NCBI GenBank assembly: GCA_963674865.2
Contig: CAXXYE010000009.1
Span: 1,248,001-1,312,000 of the forward strand
Source: Candidatus Hydrogenedentota bacterium
GTDB taxonomy: Bacteria > Hydrogenedentota > Hydrogenedentia > Hydrogenedentales > SLHB01
Direction: 5' to 3'
DNA: 64,000 nt
Part shown: one piece after another, positions 49,123 through 58,507 of the stretch
Position numbering within the stretch: the first letter of the stretch is position 1
Layout: each line of letters opens with the position of its first letter
Position numbers and translations under genes: made by a program
The notes under the pieces: model-generated
Told to the model about the DNA's origin: nothing
The model's database searches: none
What the model saw: only the letters and a program-made list of their open reading frames with translations

Positions 49123-50526
49123 ATGGGGTGGACAACCAAGACAGAGCACCGAAAGGACCGGCGGGTCTCGGCTCAAATGCCGCTTCGCTTCAGCGTGATT
49201 GGCCCTGTGGGCCAGGCGTCCGAGATTCAGCGGACGACCACCACCAATGTCTCATGTCAGGGCCTCGCATTCGAGTCCGATCAGGCGATTCCGATTACGG
49301 CTCGTTTGGGCCTCGAGATTCTCCTGCCGGGAGAGATGGGCGAACTCAAGGCCGAGGCGGTGCTCATGCGCATCGCGCGAGAGCTGCCCGACCGGCAGGG
49401 CGTTGAGTACGGCGTGCAGTTCGACATGAACACCTGTTCCGACCCGGACCTGCTGGCGCAATACGTGCGTTCCATCGATATCGTCCCCTTGCTCGAGCTG
49501 ATGACCCGGCAGGGCGCGTCGGACCTTCATCTGACGGCCTTCACGCAGCCTATGTTCCGTCTCCACAAGAAGCTGATACCTGCCGGAGATGAGCCGCTGT
49601 CGCCCGCGACGGTCGAGGGGCTCGTCTGCGGTACGCTCAACGCCGAACGCCGCGCGGTTCTCCTCCGCGAAAAAGACCTCGACTACGTACTCATTCTGCC
49701 CGAACTGGGCCGTTGGCGGATCAACGCGTTCTTCCAACGCGGTTTCATCGAAGCTACGTTTCACGCAATCGATCTCTACGTTCCCACGCCGTCCGAGCTG
49801 GGACTTCCGGAGGTCGTCCGCAATCTGGCCCTTGGCCAGAGCGGACTCGTCATCGTCAGCGGGCCCGTGGGTAGCGGAAAGAGCACCACGCTCGCGGGCA
49901 TGGTGGGGGTGATCAACAACGAACAGGAGCGAGCGGTCACCACACTCGAAAGCCCCATTGAGTATATCCATGAGAATGACCGCAGTATTGTGAAGCAGCG
50001 GGAAATCAACCGAGATACGGGGCCGGTAACCATCGCCTTGCGCCAAGCGCTGCGGCAAGACCCGGATGTCGTCGTGATTGACTGTGAGCCGGACGCCATT
50101 GTGGTTGAGACAGCCATGCGCGCCGCTGAGACGGGATATCTTGTGCTCCTGTCCCTGCCGACGCCCGACGCCGTTACGACGCTCAACCGAGTTGTCAGCA
50201 TGTTCACCGACCAGCGCCGGTTCAACACGCTACACAATCTGGCTGCTTCTGTGCGCGGGATTATCTCGCAACGGTTATTGCCGAGCGCCGACGGCGGCGT
50301 GGTGGCAGCTTGCGAGGTGATGGCGCTTACAGACTCCATGCGCAACTCGATACGCACGGACAAGCTCGACCAGTTGCCCGCGCTGATGGCGAACTCGCCG
50401 GGGTCGCAGATGCTCGACGCGAGTTTGCGCAATCTGATCCTCCGCGGCGTGATCGACCTCGAAAGCGCCGTTCACGTGGCGCGCGATCCGGACACCTTGC
50501 GGAGGCAGATCGTCGAGAGGCTTTAG
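49123..50526 (+). CDS. PilZ domain fused to a PilT-like ATPase domain with degenerate catalytic motifs
   Basis: PilZ motifs RKDRR and NVSCQG; ASDLHL, Walker A GPVGSGKST and ALRQDPDV; RBS GGGGAGA. Confidence 0.88.
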   Translation: MGWTTKTEHRKDRRVSAQMPLRFSVIGPVGQASEIQRTTTTNVSCQGLAFESDQAIPITARLGLEILLPGEMGELKAEAVLMRIARELPDRQGVEYGVQFDMNTCSDPDLLAQYVRSIDIVPLLELMTRQGASDLHLTAFTQPMFRLHKKLIPAGDEPLSPATVEGLVCGTLNAERRAVLLREKDLDYVLILPELGRWRINAFFQRGFIEATFHAIDLYVPTPSELGLPEVVRNLALGQSGLVIVSGPVGSGKSTTLAGMVGVINNEQERAVTTLESPIEYIHENDRSIVKQREINRDTGPVTIALRQALRQDPDVVVIDCEPDAIVVETAMRAAETGYLVLLSLPTPDAVTTLNRVVSMFTDQRRFNTLHNLAASVRGIISQRLLPSADGGVVAACEVMALTDSMRNSIRTDKLDQLPALMANSPGSQMLDASLRNLILRGVIDLESAVHVARDPDTLRRQIVERL

Positions 50527-50679
50527 TGGCTGAGGCAAAGAGCGCTCGGCGCCCTTTCTGAGGCATTGCTCGCGCGTCGGGTGGCCATGTCTGTCTTTGC
50601 CATTCCCGCCGGATATTCCAGCACGCCCAAGGGCGGCGTGTGTTTGTACTGCGGCGAACTCAGGAGGAAATCGACTGCT

Positions 50680-51618
50680 ATGCACGTCTTGATCATTGGG
50701 GGCACCCGTTTCCTCGGCGCCGCCATTGCGCGCGAATTGCTGTCGCGGCGCCACGAGGTGACGGTTCTGCATCGAGGCCAAACAAAGGGCAACCTGCCGG
50801 CGGACGTCCGCCATATCCTGTGTGACGCGCGCGACCGGGCGTCCGTCGAGCCCCATATCGAGGAAGGCCACTTTGACGCCGCCATGGATACGATTCTTTG
50901 TGCGGAGGATCTGTCTTGGTATTTGCCGCTGCTGCGGGAAAACGTGGGGCAACTGGTTCACTGCGGCTCCACGGGCGTATACGCGCCCGTGAGCGCGGCG
51001 CCGGTTCGCGAGGATGACCCGACGCCCTGTCCGGAGGAACTGGGTGGATTTGGCGCGAAGCTCCTTCAGGATAAGGCCGTGCTCGATTTTCACGCGCGCA
51101 CCGGCTTTCGCGTCTGTTCAATGCGCATCAGCAACGTCTTCGGAGCGGGTGATGTCCCGCTGGACATCTGGGGGGCGCGCGATCCTAAGTACTTCGCGCG
51201 CGTGGCCAGGGGTGAGGAGATCTGGATTCCCGACAAGGGCACGGCGTTGCTCCAGCCCGTCCACGTCAACGACTTGGCGCGCGCCTTTTGCGATGCACTG
51301 GATGCGGAGAAGGCTGCGGGCCAGATCTACAACCTCTCCTCCGATCGCGCCGTTACCCTCACCCACTATGTGGAGATCACCAAGGATCTGCTCGGGTCTT
51401 CCTCCGCTGTCCGGTACGTCTCCATGGAGGAGATTCTTGCCACGGGCAAGGCCAACGAGGGGGGACTCAGATTCGTCTGCGAGCACATGAGCATCGACAG
51501 CGGCAAGGCCCGGCGTGACCTCGGCTACGTGCCGCAAATCAGTGTGCGCGAGGGCCTGCGCGACAGCCTGCAATGGATGGTCGACACCGGCCTGCTTGAG
51601 GCATCCGTCAGCTCCTGA
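50680..51618 (+). CDS. NAD-dependent epimerase/dehydratase (atypical SDR)
   Basis: VLIIGGTRFLG, STGVY and QPVHVNDLA; RBS AGGAGG. Confidence 0.9.
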   Translation: MHVLIIGGTRFLGAAIARELLSRRHEVTVLHRGQTKGNLPADVRHILCDARDRASVEPHIEEGHFDAAMDTILCAEDLSWYLPLLRENVGQLVHCGSTGVYAPVSAAPVREDDPTPCPEELGGFGAKLLQDKAVLDFHARTGFRVCSMRISNVFGAGDVPLDIWGARDPKYFARVARGEEIWIPDKGTALLQPVHVNDLARAFCDALDAEKAAGQIYNLSSDRAVTLTHYVEITKDLLGSSSAVRYVSMEEILATGKANEGGLRFVCEHMSIDSGKARRDLGYVPQISVREGLRDSLQWMVDTGLLEASVSS

Positions 51619-51788
51619 GGGTATTCTGTAGTGCCCCGGGGGCTCCCCCGCAGCCCACGGGGAGGCGTTATTCGACTTCTTCCTCGAGGTGCTCAAGAGC
51701 CACATGGGCCTCAAGCGTGCCCTGCTTCACGACGTGCCAGAAGGTTGATCGGTTCCTTGCACACACACTCTCCGGCGGCTCTCGGTTA

Positions 51789-52313
51789 TCACGGATCAAG
51801 ATGGCACATTCTGGACTGCGGCCATTCCTCCCACGCGACGCGTGAGTCGTCAACGATGAAGCCGAACTTCTTGAAAGGAGAAAACGAAGGCAACCATTGG
51901 AATGCGTCGGCCGGTGGACTGGGGTCCGCGCATGCCTCGATCTTTCTGAATCCGTGTTCGCGACAGAAGTCAATGGTCTCTGCAATCATCTTGCTGGCTA
52001 TGCCCATGTTCCGGTACCAGTCCTGTACGAGCAGGCGTGAGATTGACATAGTTGTAGCGAACTCTTCGGGATTCCCCAAGCCCGTAGGCAGTCCAATCCA
52101 CCGTGCGTACTTCTTGGGCAGAAAGATTGTCTGCGCCGCGATCCCTTTCTCTCCCCTGGCGAGCAGACCAATACTGTCTACCTCCTCGTGGATCTTGATC
52201 CACATGTCACTCTGAAACTGCCTCTTGCAGACGCCGGACATGCAGCAATAGAAGCCTTTCTGAAAACCATTTCTCACTTCGTCCAGCGTGATATGCGCGA
52301 TTGTTGGATTCAT
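51789..52313 (-). CDS. GNAT family N-acetyltransferase
   Basis: Acetyl-CoA motif A (YRNMGIASKM) and motif B (FKKFGF). Confidence 0.85.
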   Translation of the reverse strand: MNPTIAHITLDEVRNGFQKGFYCCMSGVCKRQFQSDMWIKIHEEVDSIGLLARGEKGIAAQTIFLPKKYARWIGLPTGLGNPEEFATTMSISRLLVQDWYRNMGIASKMIAETIDFCREHGFRKIEACADPSPPADAFQWLPSFSPFKKFGFIVDDSRVAWEEWPQSRMCHLDP

Positions 52314-52633
52314 TTCCGGTTCTCCCGCGTCGCGGCGGCGATCATGTCTTTGAGGGTCTCCAGGTGAGTGGGGCTACCTGACCATCTGTTAAGGAGAAGC
52401 CGCGCGCCATTGACAAAGACGCTGCTGTAGACGCTCCCCGGCCGTTCACCCCTACGGTACTCGCGGACCAGTTGGGCTACGTGAGACGGGATGTCGTCCA
52501 TTGGCTCCTTGATTTCCCAGATGTTCAGGATTCTGCAGTTGAGTCCAGCCTCGACGCACGCCTGCGCAACAGTCTGGCTGTCACGATCGGCCATGCAGAA
52601 GGGATTAGCGAGCAGTTCAAGAGTCGTGCCCAT
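52310..52633 (-). CDS. Small hypothetical protein, thioredoxin-fold-like
   Basis: LELLANPFC and SVFVNG; RBS GGGAG; ATGA overlap with the GNAT gene. Confidence 0.6.
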   Translation of the reverse strand: MGTTLELLANPFCMADRDSQTVAQACVEAGLNCRILNIWEIKEPMDDIPSHVAQLVREYRRGERPGSVYSSVFVNGARLLLNRWSGSPTHLETLKDMIAAATRENRK

Positions 52634-52815
52634 TACCGTCGCTCCCATCCTATTATTCCGGTTTCTCTGTTTTGGGCCAACAATGCTCACATGGCCGCAT
52701 CACAGCACCTCTGGGCCGCGACATCGCGATTGCGGATACACTTTGTCTTTATTGTCGCCGTCTTTCCTGCTAAAATGAAATGTAGTCTGTACCTCGCACA
52801 CGAGAGCCGAGTTTC

Positions 52816-54918
52816 ATGAAGATCAAGCACTTGCGGATCTATTACGTCCGCCCCTCGACGTATGATGACGAGGGGCACGTAGTTCGATACTGGCGGGGAA
52901 TTCTCCCCTCAAATACGTTGTGCTGCCTGAAGAGTCTCACCTGTGACGTAGCCTGCTCCGCGGAGCTCGGCCAGGACGTCGAGGTCTCCGTCGAGATCTA
53001 CGACGACGCAGTACAGCAGATCCCCAAGAAGCGGATTATGCGGCAACACCGGCGGGAGGACACCCGGGTCATTGTCGGGCTGGCAGGTGTCCAGACGAAC
53101 CAGTTTGCGCGCGCCATGGACTTGGCCCTCGAATTCCGCGCTGCCGATGTCCCCGTGATGATTGGCGGCTTTCATGTCAGCGGAATCATGGCCACCTTGC
53201 CGGAACTCACGCCCGAATTGCAGCGGTTGCTTGACGAAGGCGCTACACTCGTCCGCGGCGAGGCGGAGGCTCCCGGCCTCCTAGCCGCCATCCTGCGGGA
53301 CGCCCTGAATGGCGGCTTGAAACCCATTTACGAGAGCCGATGCTATCCGGATATATCGAACGCGTCCGTTCCGCAGCCTGATAAGAAGTATCTGCGCCGT
53401 TTCCGTTGCCGCAACATGGGCACCATCGACACCAGCCGCGGCTGCCCCTTTGGCTGTTCTTTCTGCTCAGTGATCAATGTGCAGGGACGCAAGATGCGCC
53501 ACCGCTCGGCGGCTTGTGTTCTCGAAACCATTGCCATGAACTACGATAGGGGTGTCGATTTCTATTTCTTCACGGACGATAACTTCTCGCGGAGCCCGGT
53601 GTGGGAGGAGATTCTCGACGGACTCATCGAGATGCGGCGGGAGGGGCGCGCCGTTTCGTTCATGCTCCAATGCGACACTAAGGCCCACCGCATACCGCGT
53701 TTCGCCGAGAAGCTCGAACAGGCCGGATGCTACATGGTGTTTGTCGGTATGGAGAGCGTCAATCCCGAGAACCTTCGAGCCATGGGCAAGACGCAGAATG
53801 ATGTGAGCCGGTACCGTGAAATGGTTGATGCCTGGCATCGCGCCAAAATCCTGGTTCACGTTGGCTACATCATCGGCTTGCCCTTTGATACGCGCGAATC
53901 GGTTCGCCGCGACGTCGAGGTCCTGCGAAACCAGGTGCAGGTGGATGAGGCGTCTTTCTTCATGTTGACGCCGCTGCCCGGCTCGCAAGATCATCAGGAG
54001 ATGGTGCGCGGCCTGGTGCCGATAGACGCGGATCTAAATAATTACGATAGTTGCCACGAGACGTTTCGCCATTCACGGATGGCGCCGGGCCAATGGCGCG
54101 CCGCGTATGAGGATGCCTGGGACTCCTTCTATAGCAAGGAGAACATCGTCAATGTGCTCTTGCGCACCCCGCGCGAGCGCTACTGGGGCATGCTCTGGAT
54201 CTTCGTGTGGTATCGCTTCTGCACGATCGAGAAGACGCATCCCATGATGACGGGCCTTGTCCGCCTCAAGGAGCGAAAGGCTCGCCGGGCCGGATATCCC
54301 CGCGAAGGCCGGATCGCCTACGCCTGGCGGCGAGCCACTGAGCTTGCTCGCACATTTAGGCGCTATGCGGATCTTTTCTTCGAGTTCCAGGAGATTTGGC
54401 TGCTCACCCGCAAGCCCGATGATCCGCGCTGGGCGACCTTGGCCGATCTGCGCGCCAAATGGGCCGAAGCGGAGCAGCGCCTTCACGAAAGCGACCTTGC
54501 CGGCCGCTGTGACGCGGCTTCTCAGGAGGTCCGCGCGATGCTCGAGGCGGCTGCCGAACGGATGCGCCAACTCGCGTCCGCCGGTAGGCGGATGAACCAC
54601 GGCGCACGCAAGCAGTTGCTGCGCAAAGCCAGAGAGATCGACGCGTATCTCAAAGGTTTCGAGATGCAGCTTCCAGGCTGGCGCCGAGTTGTCGACGCCG
54701 AGCGATACGTCAGCGATAGTCTCCTTGCAGGCTACGAGGAACTCGCCATTCGTTACGTAGCGCAACGCCGCCGTTTCAACGCCTACCGCCGCGACCTCAT
54801 CAGGCGCCTCAAGACGGGTCGCATCCTCACGGCTGATGTTTCGCTGATGCCGCGCGCCATTCTCTTTGAACTGATATTGGGGCTCCGTTTCGGCCTTACC
54901 TTTATCAGTCAGCTCTAG
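52816..54918 (+). CDS. Radical SAM protein (B12-binding-like N-terminus, helical C-terminal extension)
   Basis: SRGCPFGCSFC (CxxxCxxC), FFTDDNF, FVGMES, YIIGLPFD and LTPLPGS; N-terminal VMIGGFHVSG. Confidence 0.9.
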   Translation: MKIKHLRIYYVRPSTYDDEGHVVRYWRGILPSNTLCCLKSLTCDVACSAELGQDVEVSVEIYDDAVQQIPKKRIMRQHRREDTRVIVGLAGVQTNQFARAMDLALEFRAADVPVMIGGFHVSGIMATLPELTPELQRLLDEGATLVRGEAEAPGLLAAILRDALNGGLKPIYESRCYPDISNASVPQPDKKYLRRFRCRNMGTIDTSRGCPFGCSFCSVINVQGRKMRHRSAACVLETIAMNYDRGVDFYFFTDDNFSRSPVWEEILDGLIEMRREGRAVSFMLQCDTKAHRIPRFAEKLEQAGCYMVFVGMESVNPENLRAMGKTQNDVSRYREMVDAWHRAKILVHVGYIIGLPFDTRESVRRDVEVLRNQVQVDEASFFMLTPLPGSQDHQEMVRGLVPIDADLNNYDSCHETFRHSRMAPGQWRAAYEDAWDSFYSKENIVNVLLRTPRERYWGMLWIFVWYRFCTIEKTHPMMTGLVRLKERKARRAGYPREGRIAYAWRRATELARTFRRYADLFFEFQEIWLLTRKPDDPRWATLADLRAKWAEAEQRLHESDLAGRCDAASQEVRAMLEAAAERMRQLASAGRRMNHGARKQLLRKAREIDAYLKGFEMQLPGWRRVVDAERYVSDSLLAGYEELAIRYVAQRRRFNAYRRDLIRRLKTGRILTADVSLMPRAILFELILGLRFGLTFISQL

Positions 54919-55208
54919 CAGCTCGCCCGTAGTCACCGCTCCCGTTGAGGCCGATAGCCTTGCCCGTCATCGGTAGATAACTCGACTGCGCCGCGCATAC
55001 GGTGCTCCAAGACGGCCCCATCTCTTGAGATGTGCTCACCAGACGGGTGAAGAAACTGGTTTCGCTAATGTCTTCAATTCCAGTGACTTGACGCGCGGCG
55101 CAATTGGCGACCCGGCCATCCGGGCTTGCGTTAGGCGAGGCAATGTGGTAATACCTTGAACCGTGAGGCTGCAACTCCTCAGCGTAAGAACAAGGTTCAA
55201 GGCACGTC

Positions 55209-55637
55209 GTGGTGCATTTGCCCGGACATAGACGTTCTAGAGGGACATTCCACCGAAGTCTCTGTCTTGGGCTGGCCCTGTTGTACCTTGTCGTGTTCGT
55301 CTGCGCCAATCTGTTCCATACCGGCCACCCGGGTGCTATCGGCGACGATCATCTCTGCGCCGCGTCCGCCTCTCCCGCTCATGTCGGACTCGTTGTCAGC
55401 GTGATGCCCCTCGATTCTCCTACCTCGCGGGGGCACGACGCTTGCCACGCTCCTGGCCTTTGCGCGGCCTGTGCGTTTAGCGCGACGAGTAAGGCTACGG
55501 TCCTGGCCGCTCCCATGCATGGCGAGGCGTGCGATGTCGCCGCACCCTTTGAGCAGGGCAGTAGCGAGGTCCTCACGGGCCGTTTCATGAGGCCTGCCTA
55601 CTCGATTCGACCTCCCCCGACTTCTCGCCCTTCCTGA
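55209..55637 (+). CDS. DUF2946-like His/Cys-rich small protein with a C-terminal RPPP motif; start uncertain
   Basis: Hydrophobic N-terminal helix, FHTGH, HDACH..LCAAC (CxxC) and terminal SIRPPP; lies upstream of metal-uptake genes. Confidence 0.7.
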   Translation: MVHLPGHRRSRGTFHRSLCLGLALLYLVVFVCANLFHTGHPGAIGDDHLCAASASPAHVGLVVSVMPLDSPTSRGHDACHAPGLCAACAFSATSKATVLAAPMHGEACDVAAPFEQGSSEVLTGRFMRPAYSIRPPPTSRPS

Positions 55638-55951
55638 CCGCCCTCAGTCGGTACTTCTTCCTGCAGAGAGGACTGCTCTATGCCGCGGTTCGCGTCTCTG
55701 CACCAACTACAAGTAGACGGGAATCATGTATCCTCGCTGTCCCACCGGATGGGTTTCTGCGGCCGTGGCTGTGCGCAAGAACCCCGGAAGCTTCTTCGGC
55801 CTTCGGCCGGCCTTGACGGCCCCTACGTTGAGGGCGTCTATGGCTGCGGCTCCGGCATATATCACATCGCGAGGTAGTCGTTTGAGCACGCCGGGAGGTA
55901 GGGAGATGCCCCTCTCCCCGCGGCCACGGCATTTCCTGTGAGGATTAGACG

Positions 55952-57385
55952 ATGAAACCAACGTCAGTCAGCTTTGTTCTATGTATTCTGCTTGTCATTG
56001 CTCTTTCTCTACCGTGCTACGGTGACGAGAAATCCGAACTCGCGGAACTGAAGGCGCAGATTGAGGCCCTTCAGGAGCAGCTTACCGCCATGCAGGCGCA
56101 GCACGCGGCGGAGATCGGGGCGCTCCAGAAGCGATTGAACACGCTTGCAGGACCTGATGCCGAGCATTCCGGGGTTCAAGCCGATGTCGTCGATCTCCGG
56201 GCCTTGGCCGAGGCCGAGGCAAAGAAGGAAGAGCCCGCGGACACGGCCACCGAGGATGTTACGTTCAAAGCAGGTGCTTTGAGTCTGCAGGCGCTGAATC
56301 CGGAGATAAGCGTCACGGGTGATATGATCGGCACCTACCAACATCAGAAACCGACGACGGACAATTGGCGGTTCAATTTCCGCGGATTGGGGCTGCACTT
56401 CGAGTCCTATCTCGATCCCTATACCAGGTTCAAGGCGGCCGTGTCCGTCAATGAGAATGAGGCGAAACTCGGCGAAGCCTACATGACGCGGTTCGGGATC
56501 TGGGATGATTTCAACCTGACCTTGGGCAAGTTTAGGCAGCAGTTCGGCGTCGTCAACCGTTGGCATAAGCACGCATTGGACCAAGTGGATTTTCCTTTGG
56601 CCCTCCGCCGGATTTTCGGGGATGGCGGACTCAATCAGACAGGACTCTCTCTGGATTGGAATATGCCGGCTATCGGCGGTAATGCCCAGGAACTCACCTT
56701 CCAGTTCACGAATGGCGAGAACGCACGCCTCTTCGGAGATAACTCCTGGGATACGCCCTCTATGCTGCTTCATTACAAGAACTTCCGTGACCTGACGAAG
56801 AGTACCTACCTGGAGTTCGGTACGACGGCCATGGTGGGATGGAATGATGAATGGGATGTGCGCGTCAAGAGCTACGACGACGGCACAACGTTTACGCTGT
56901 GGACCACGAAGAAGAAGAAGCTTCCGACTTGGATCTTCGGGGGCGACTTGTCGCTTCTATGGGAGCCCACGGGGCGGATGCGCTACCGCAACCTGGAGTG
57001 GCGCACGGAATTCTACTATCTGGATCGGCAGATCCAGGATCCATTTGCTTACGACCGGGATCATCTGAACGCGTGGGGCGGATACAGCTATCTTCAGGCC
57101 AAGCTCTCGAGGCGTTGGGAAACGGGAGTGCGGCTTGACTACTACGAACCCGATCAGAAGCGCTACGCGGCCCTGCCGCAGGTTAGTCTGGCCCCCTTGG
57201 CGTATCCCGAGAAGGATGCATACCGTTGGCAAGTCGGGCCTTACCTGACGTGGCATCAGAGCCCGTTCGTGCGTTTCCGGCTCGAGTACAACCACGAAGA
57301 CGGACACGGTATGGAGGAACCCGAGGATCGGATCATGCTCCAGATGATCTTTGCCGCGGGTCCTCACAAACACGAGCGCTACTAA
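55952..57385 (+). CDS. Outer membrane beta-barrel/porin of a metal-uptake operon
   Basis: Signal peptide, coiled-coil, LNPEISVTGD, GKFRQQFG.VNRWHKH, alternating beta-strands and a C-terminal GPHKHERY. Confidence 0.75.
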   Translation: MKPTSVSFVLCILLVIALSLPCYGDEKSELAELKAQIEALQEQLTAMQAQHAAEIGALQKRLNTLAGPDAEHSGVQADVVDLRALAEAEAKKEEPADTATEDVTFKAGALSLQALNPEISVTGDMIGTYQHQKPTTDNWRFNFRGLGLHFESYLDPYTRFKAAVSVNENEAKLGEAYMTRFGIWDDFNLTLGKFRQQFGVVNRWHKHALDQVDFPLALRRIFGDGGLNQTGLSLDWNMPAIGGNAQELTFQFTNGENARLFGDNSWDTPSMLLHYKNFRDLTKSTYLEFGTTAMVGWNDEWDVRVKSYDDGTTFTLWTTKKKKLPTWIFGGDLSLLWEPTGRMRYRNLEWRTEFYYLDRQIQDPFAYDRDHLNAWGGYSYLQAKLSRRWETGVRLDYYEPDQKRYAALPQVSLAPLAYPEKDAYRWQVGPYLTWHQSPFVRFRLEYNHEDGHGMEEPEDRIMLQMIFAAGPHKHERY

Positions 57386-57408
57386 GTCCAAGAAGAGGAG
57401 GTATTTCC

Positions 57409-58488
57409 ATGCGTCGCGTTACGTATCATGGCGTTTTGGCCGGCCTGAGTTGCGCCTTTCTCATAGTGGCGGCCTTCAGTGCGGGAGCCGAGGATGCGCC
57501 GCCGCACCTTAGCGTTGTGACCACATTGCCGGATTATGCGGCTATCGCGAAAGCCCTGGGGGCCGAGCGGATCACCGCCACGCACATTGTTGAAGGGGAT
57601 CAGGATGCCCACTTCATTCGCCCTAAGCCTTCCTTCGTCAACATGGTGAGACATGCCGACGTCTTGATCGCCACGGGATTGGACCTCGAGCTTTGGCTGT
57701 CCACCGTCGTCGACAAGTCCGGGAATGGGCGTGTACGGAGCGGGCAGGTCGGCTATGTCGCCGCCGCGCAAGGAATGCCTCTCCTGGAGAAACCCGCCAG
57801 TCTCTCCCGGGCAGAAGGCGGTGTGCACATTTATGGGAACCCGCACGTGACGTGCGGCCCCATTCAGATGCGCTACGCCGCCCGCAATATCGCGACAGGT
57901 CTTATCAAGAACGATCCTGAGGGCAAAGAGCTCTATGAGCGAAACTTGGCGACCTTCATCGAGGAGATCGATGAGCGGCTATTCGGTAAAGCGCTTGTCG
58001 ATTTGCTGGGCGGCGACACGCTATGCACCTTGGCCGAGAAGGGCACGCTGATGTCCTTCCTGGAGGGGCAGGAACTTGACGGCAGGCCGTTGACGGAGTC
58101 TCTCGGGGGATGGCTGAAGGCCATGCTGCCCCTTCGCGGGACGCCGATTGTCACGTACCACAAGAACTGGGTCTACTTCCTGAAGCTATTCGGGATGGAG
58201 GAAGCGGGCACCGTTGAGCCGAAGCCTGGGATACCTCCCTCCCCGCGCCATGTGACGCAATTGGTAGAGATGATGCGCGCGCGGAGTATCCGGATCATCC
58301 TTGCGGCCAACTACTTCGACGAGCAGAAGATCGAGACCGTCGCCAGCCGCGTCGGAGCCGAAGCAGTCATTGTGCCTCTCTACGTCGGCGGCACTCCTGG
58401 AGTGGAAGACTACCTCCAGTTGGTGGACCTTTGGACTGGGCGATTGCTGGACGCGGCGAAGGCCAAGGGCCTTATCGGTGCAGAGTGA
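57409..58488 (+). CDS. Zn/Mn ABC-type substrate-binding protein (ZnuA/TroA family)
   Basis: VVTTLPD, QDAHF, GLDLELW, GNPHV, TYHKNW and EPKPGIPPSPRH; RBS AGGAGG. Confidence 0.92.
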   Translation: MRRVTYHGVLAGLSCAFLIVAAFSAGAEDAPPHLSVVTTLPDYAAIAKALGAERITATHIVEGDQDAHFIRPKPSFVNMVRHADVLIATGLDLELWLSTVVDKSGNGRVRSGQVGYVAAAQGMPLLEKPASLSRAEGGVHIYGNPHVTCGPIQMRYAARNIATGLIKNDPEGKELYERNLATFIEEIDERLFGKALVDLLGGDTLCTLAEKGTLMSFLEGQELDGRPLTESLGGWLKAMLPLRGTPIVTYHKNWVYFLKLFGMEEAGTVEPKPGIPPSPRHVTQLVEMMRARSIRIILAANYFDEQKIETVASRVGAEAVIVPLYVGGTPGVEDYLQLVDLWTGRLLDAAKAKGLIGAE

Positions 58489-58507
58489 AGTCTTACGGGA
58501 GAGAAAT

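Noticed and set aside
51668..51791. Selenocysteine read-through or frameshift extension of the GNAT gene
   Set aside because: The TGA is immediately followed by TAA, and the overlapping ORF 51668-51985 has no supporting motif.
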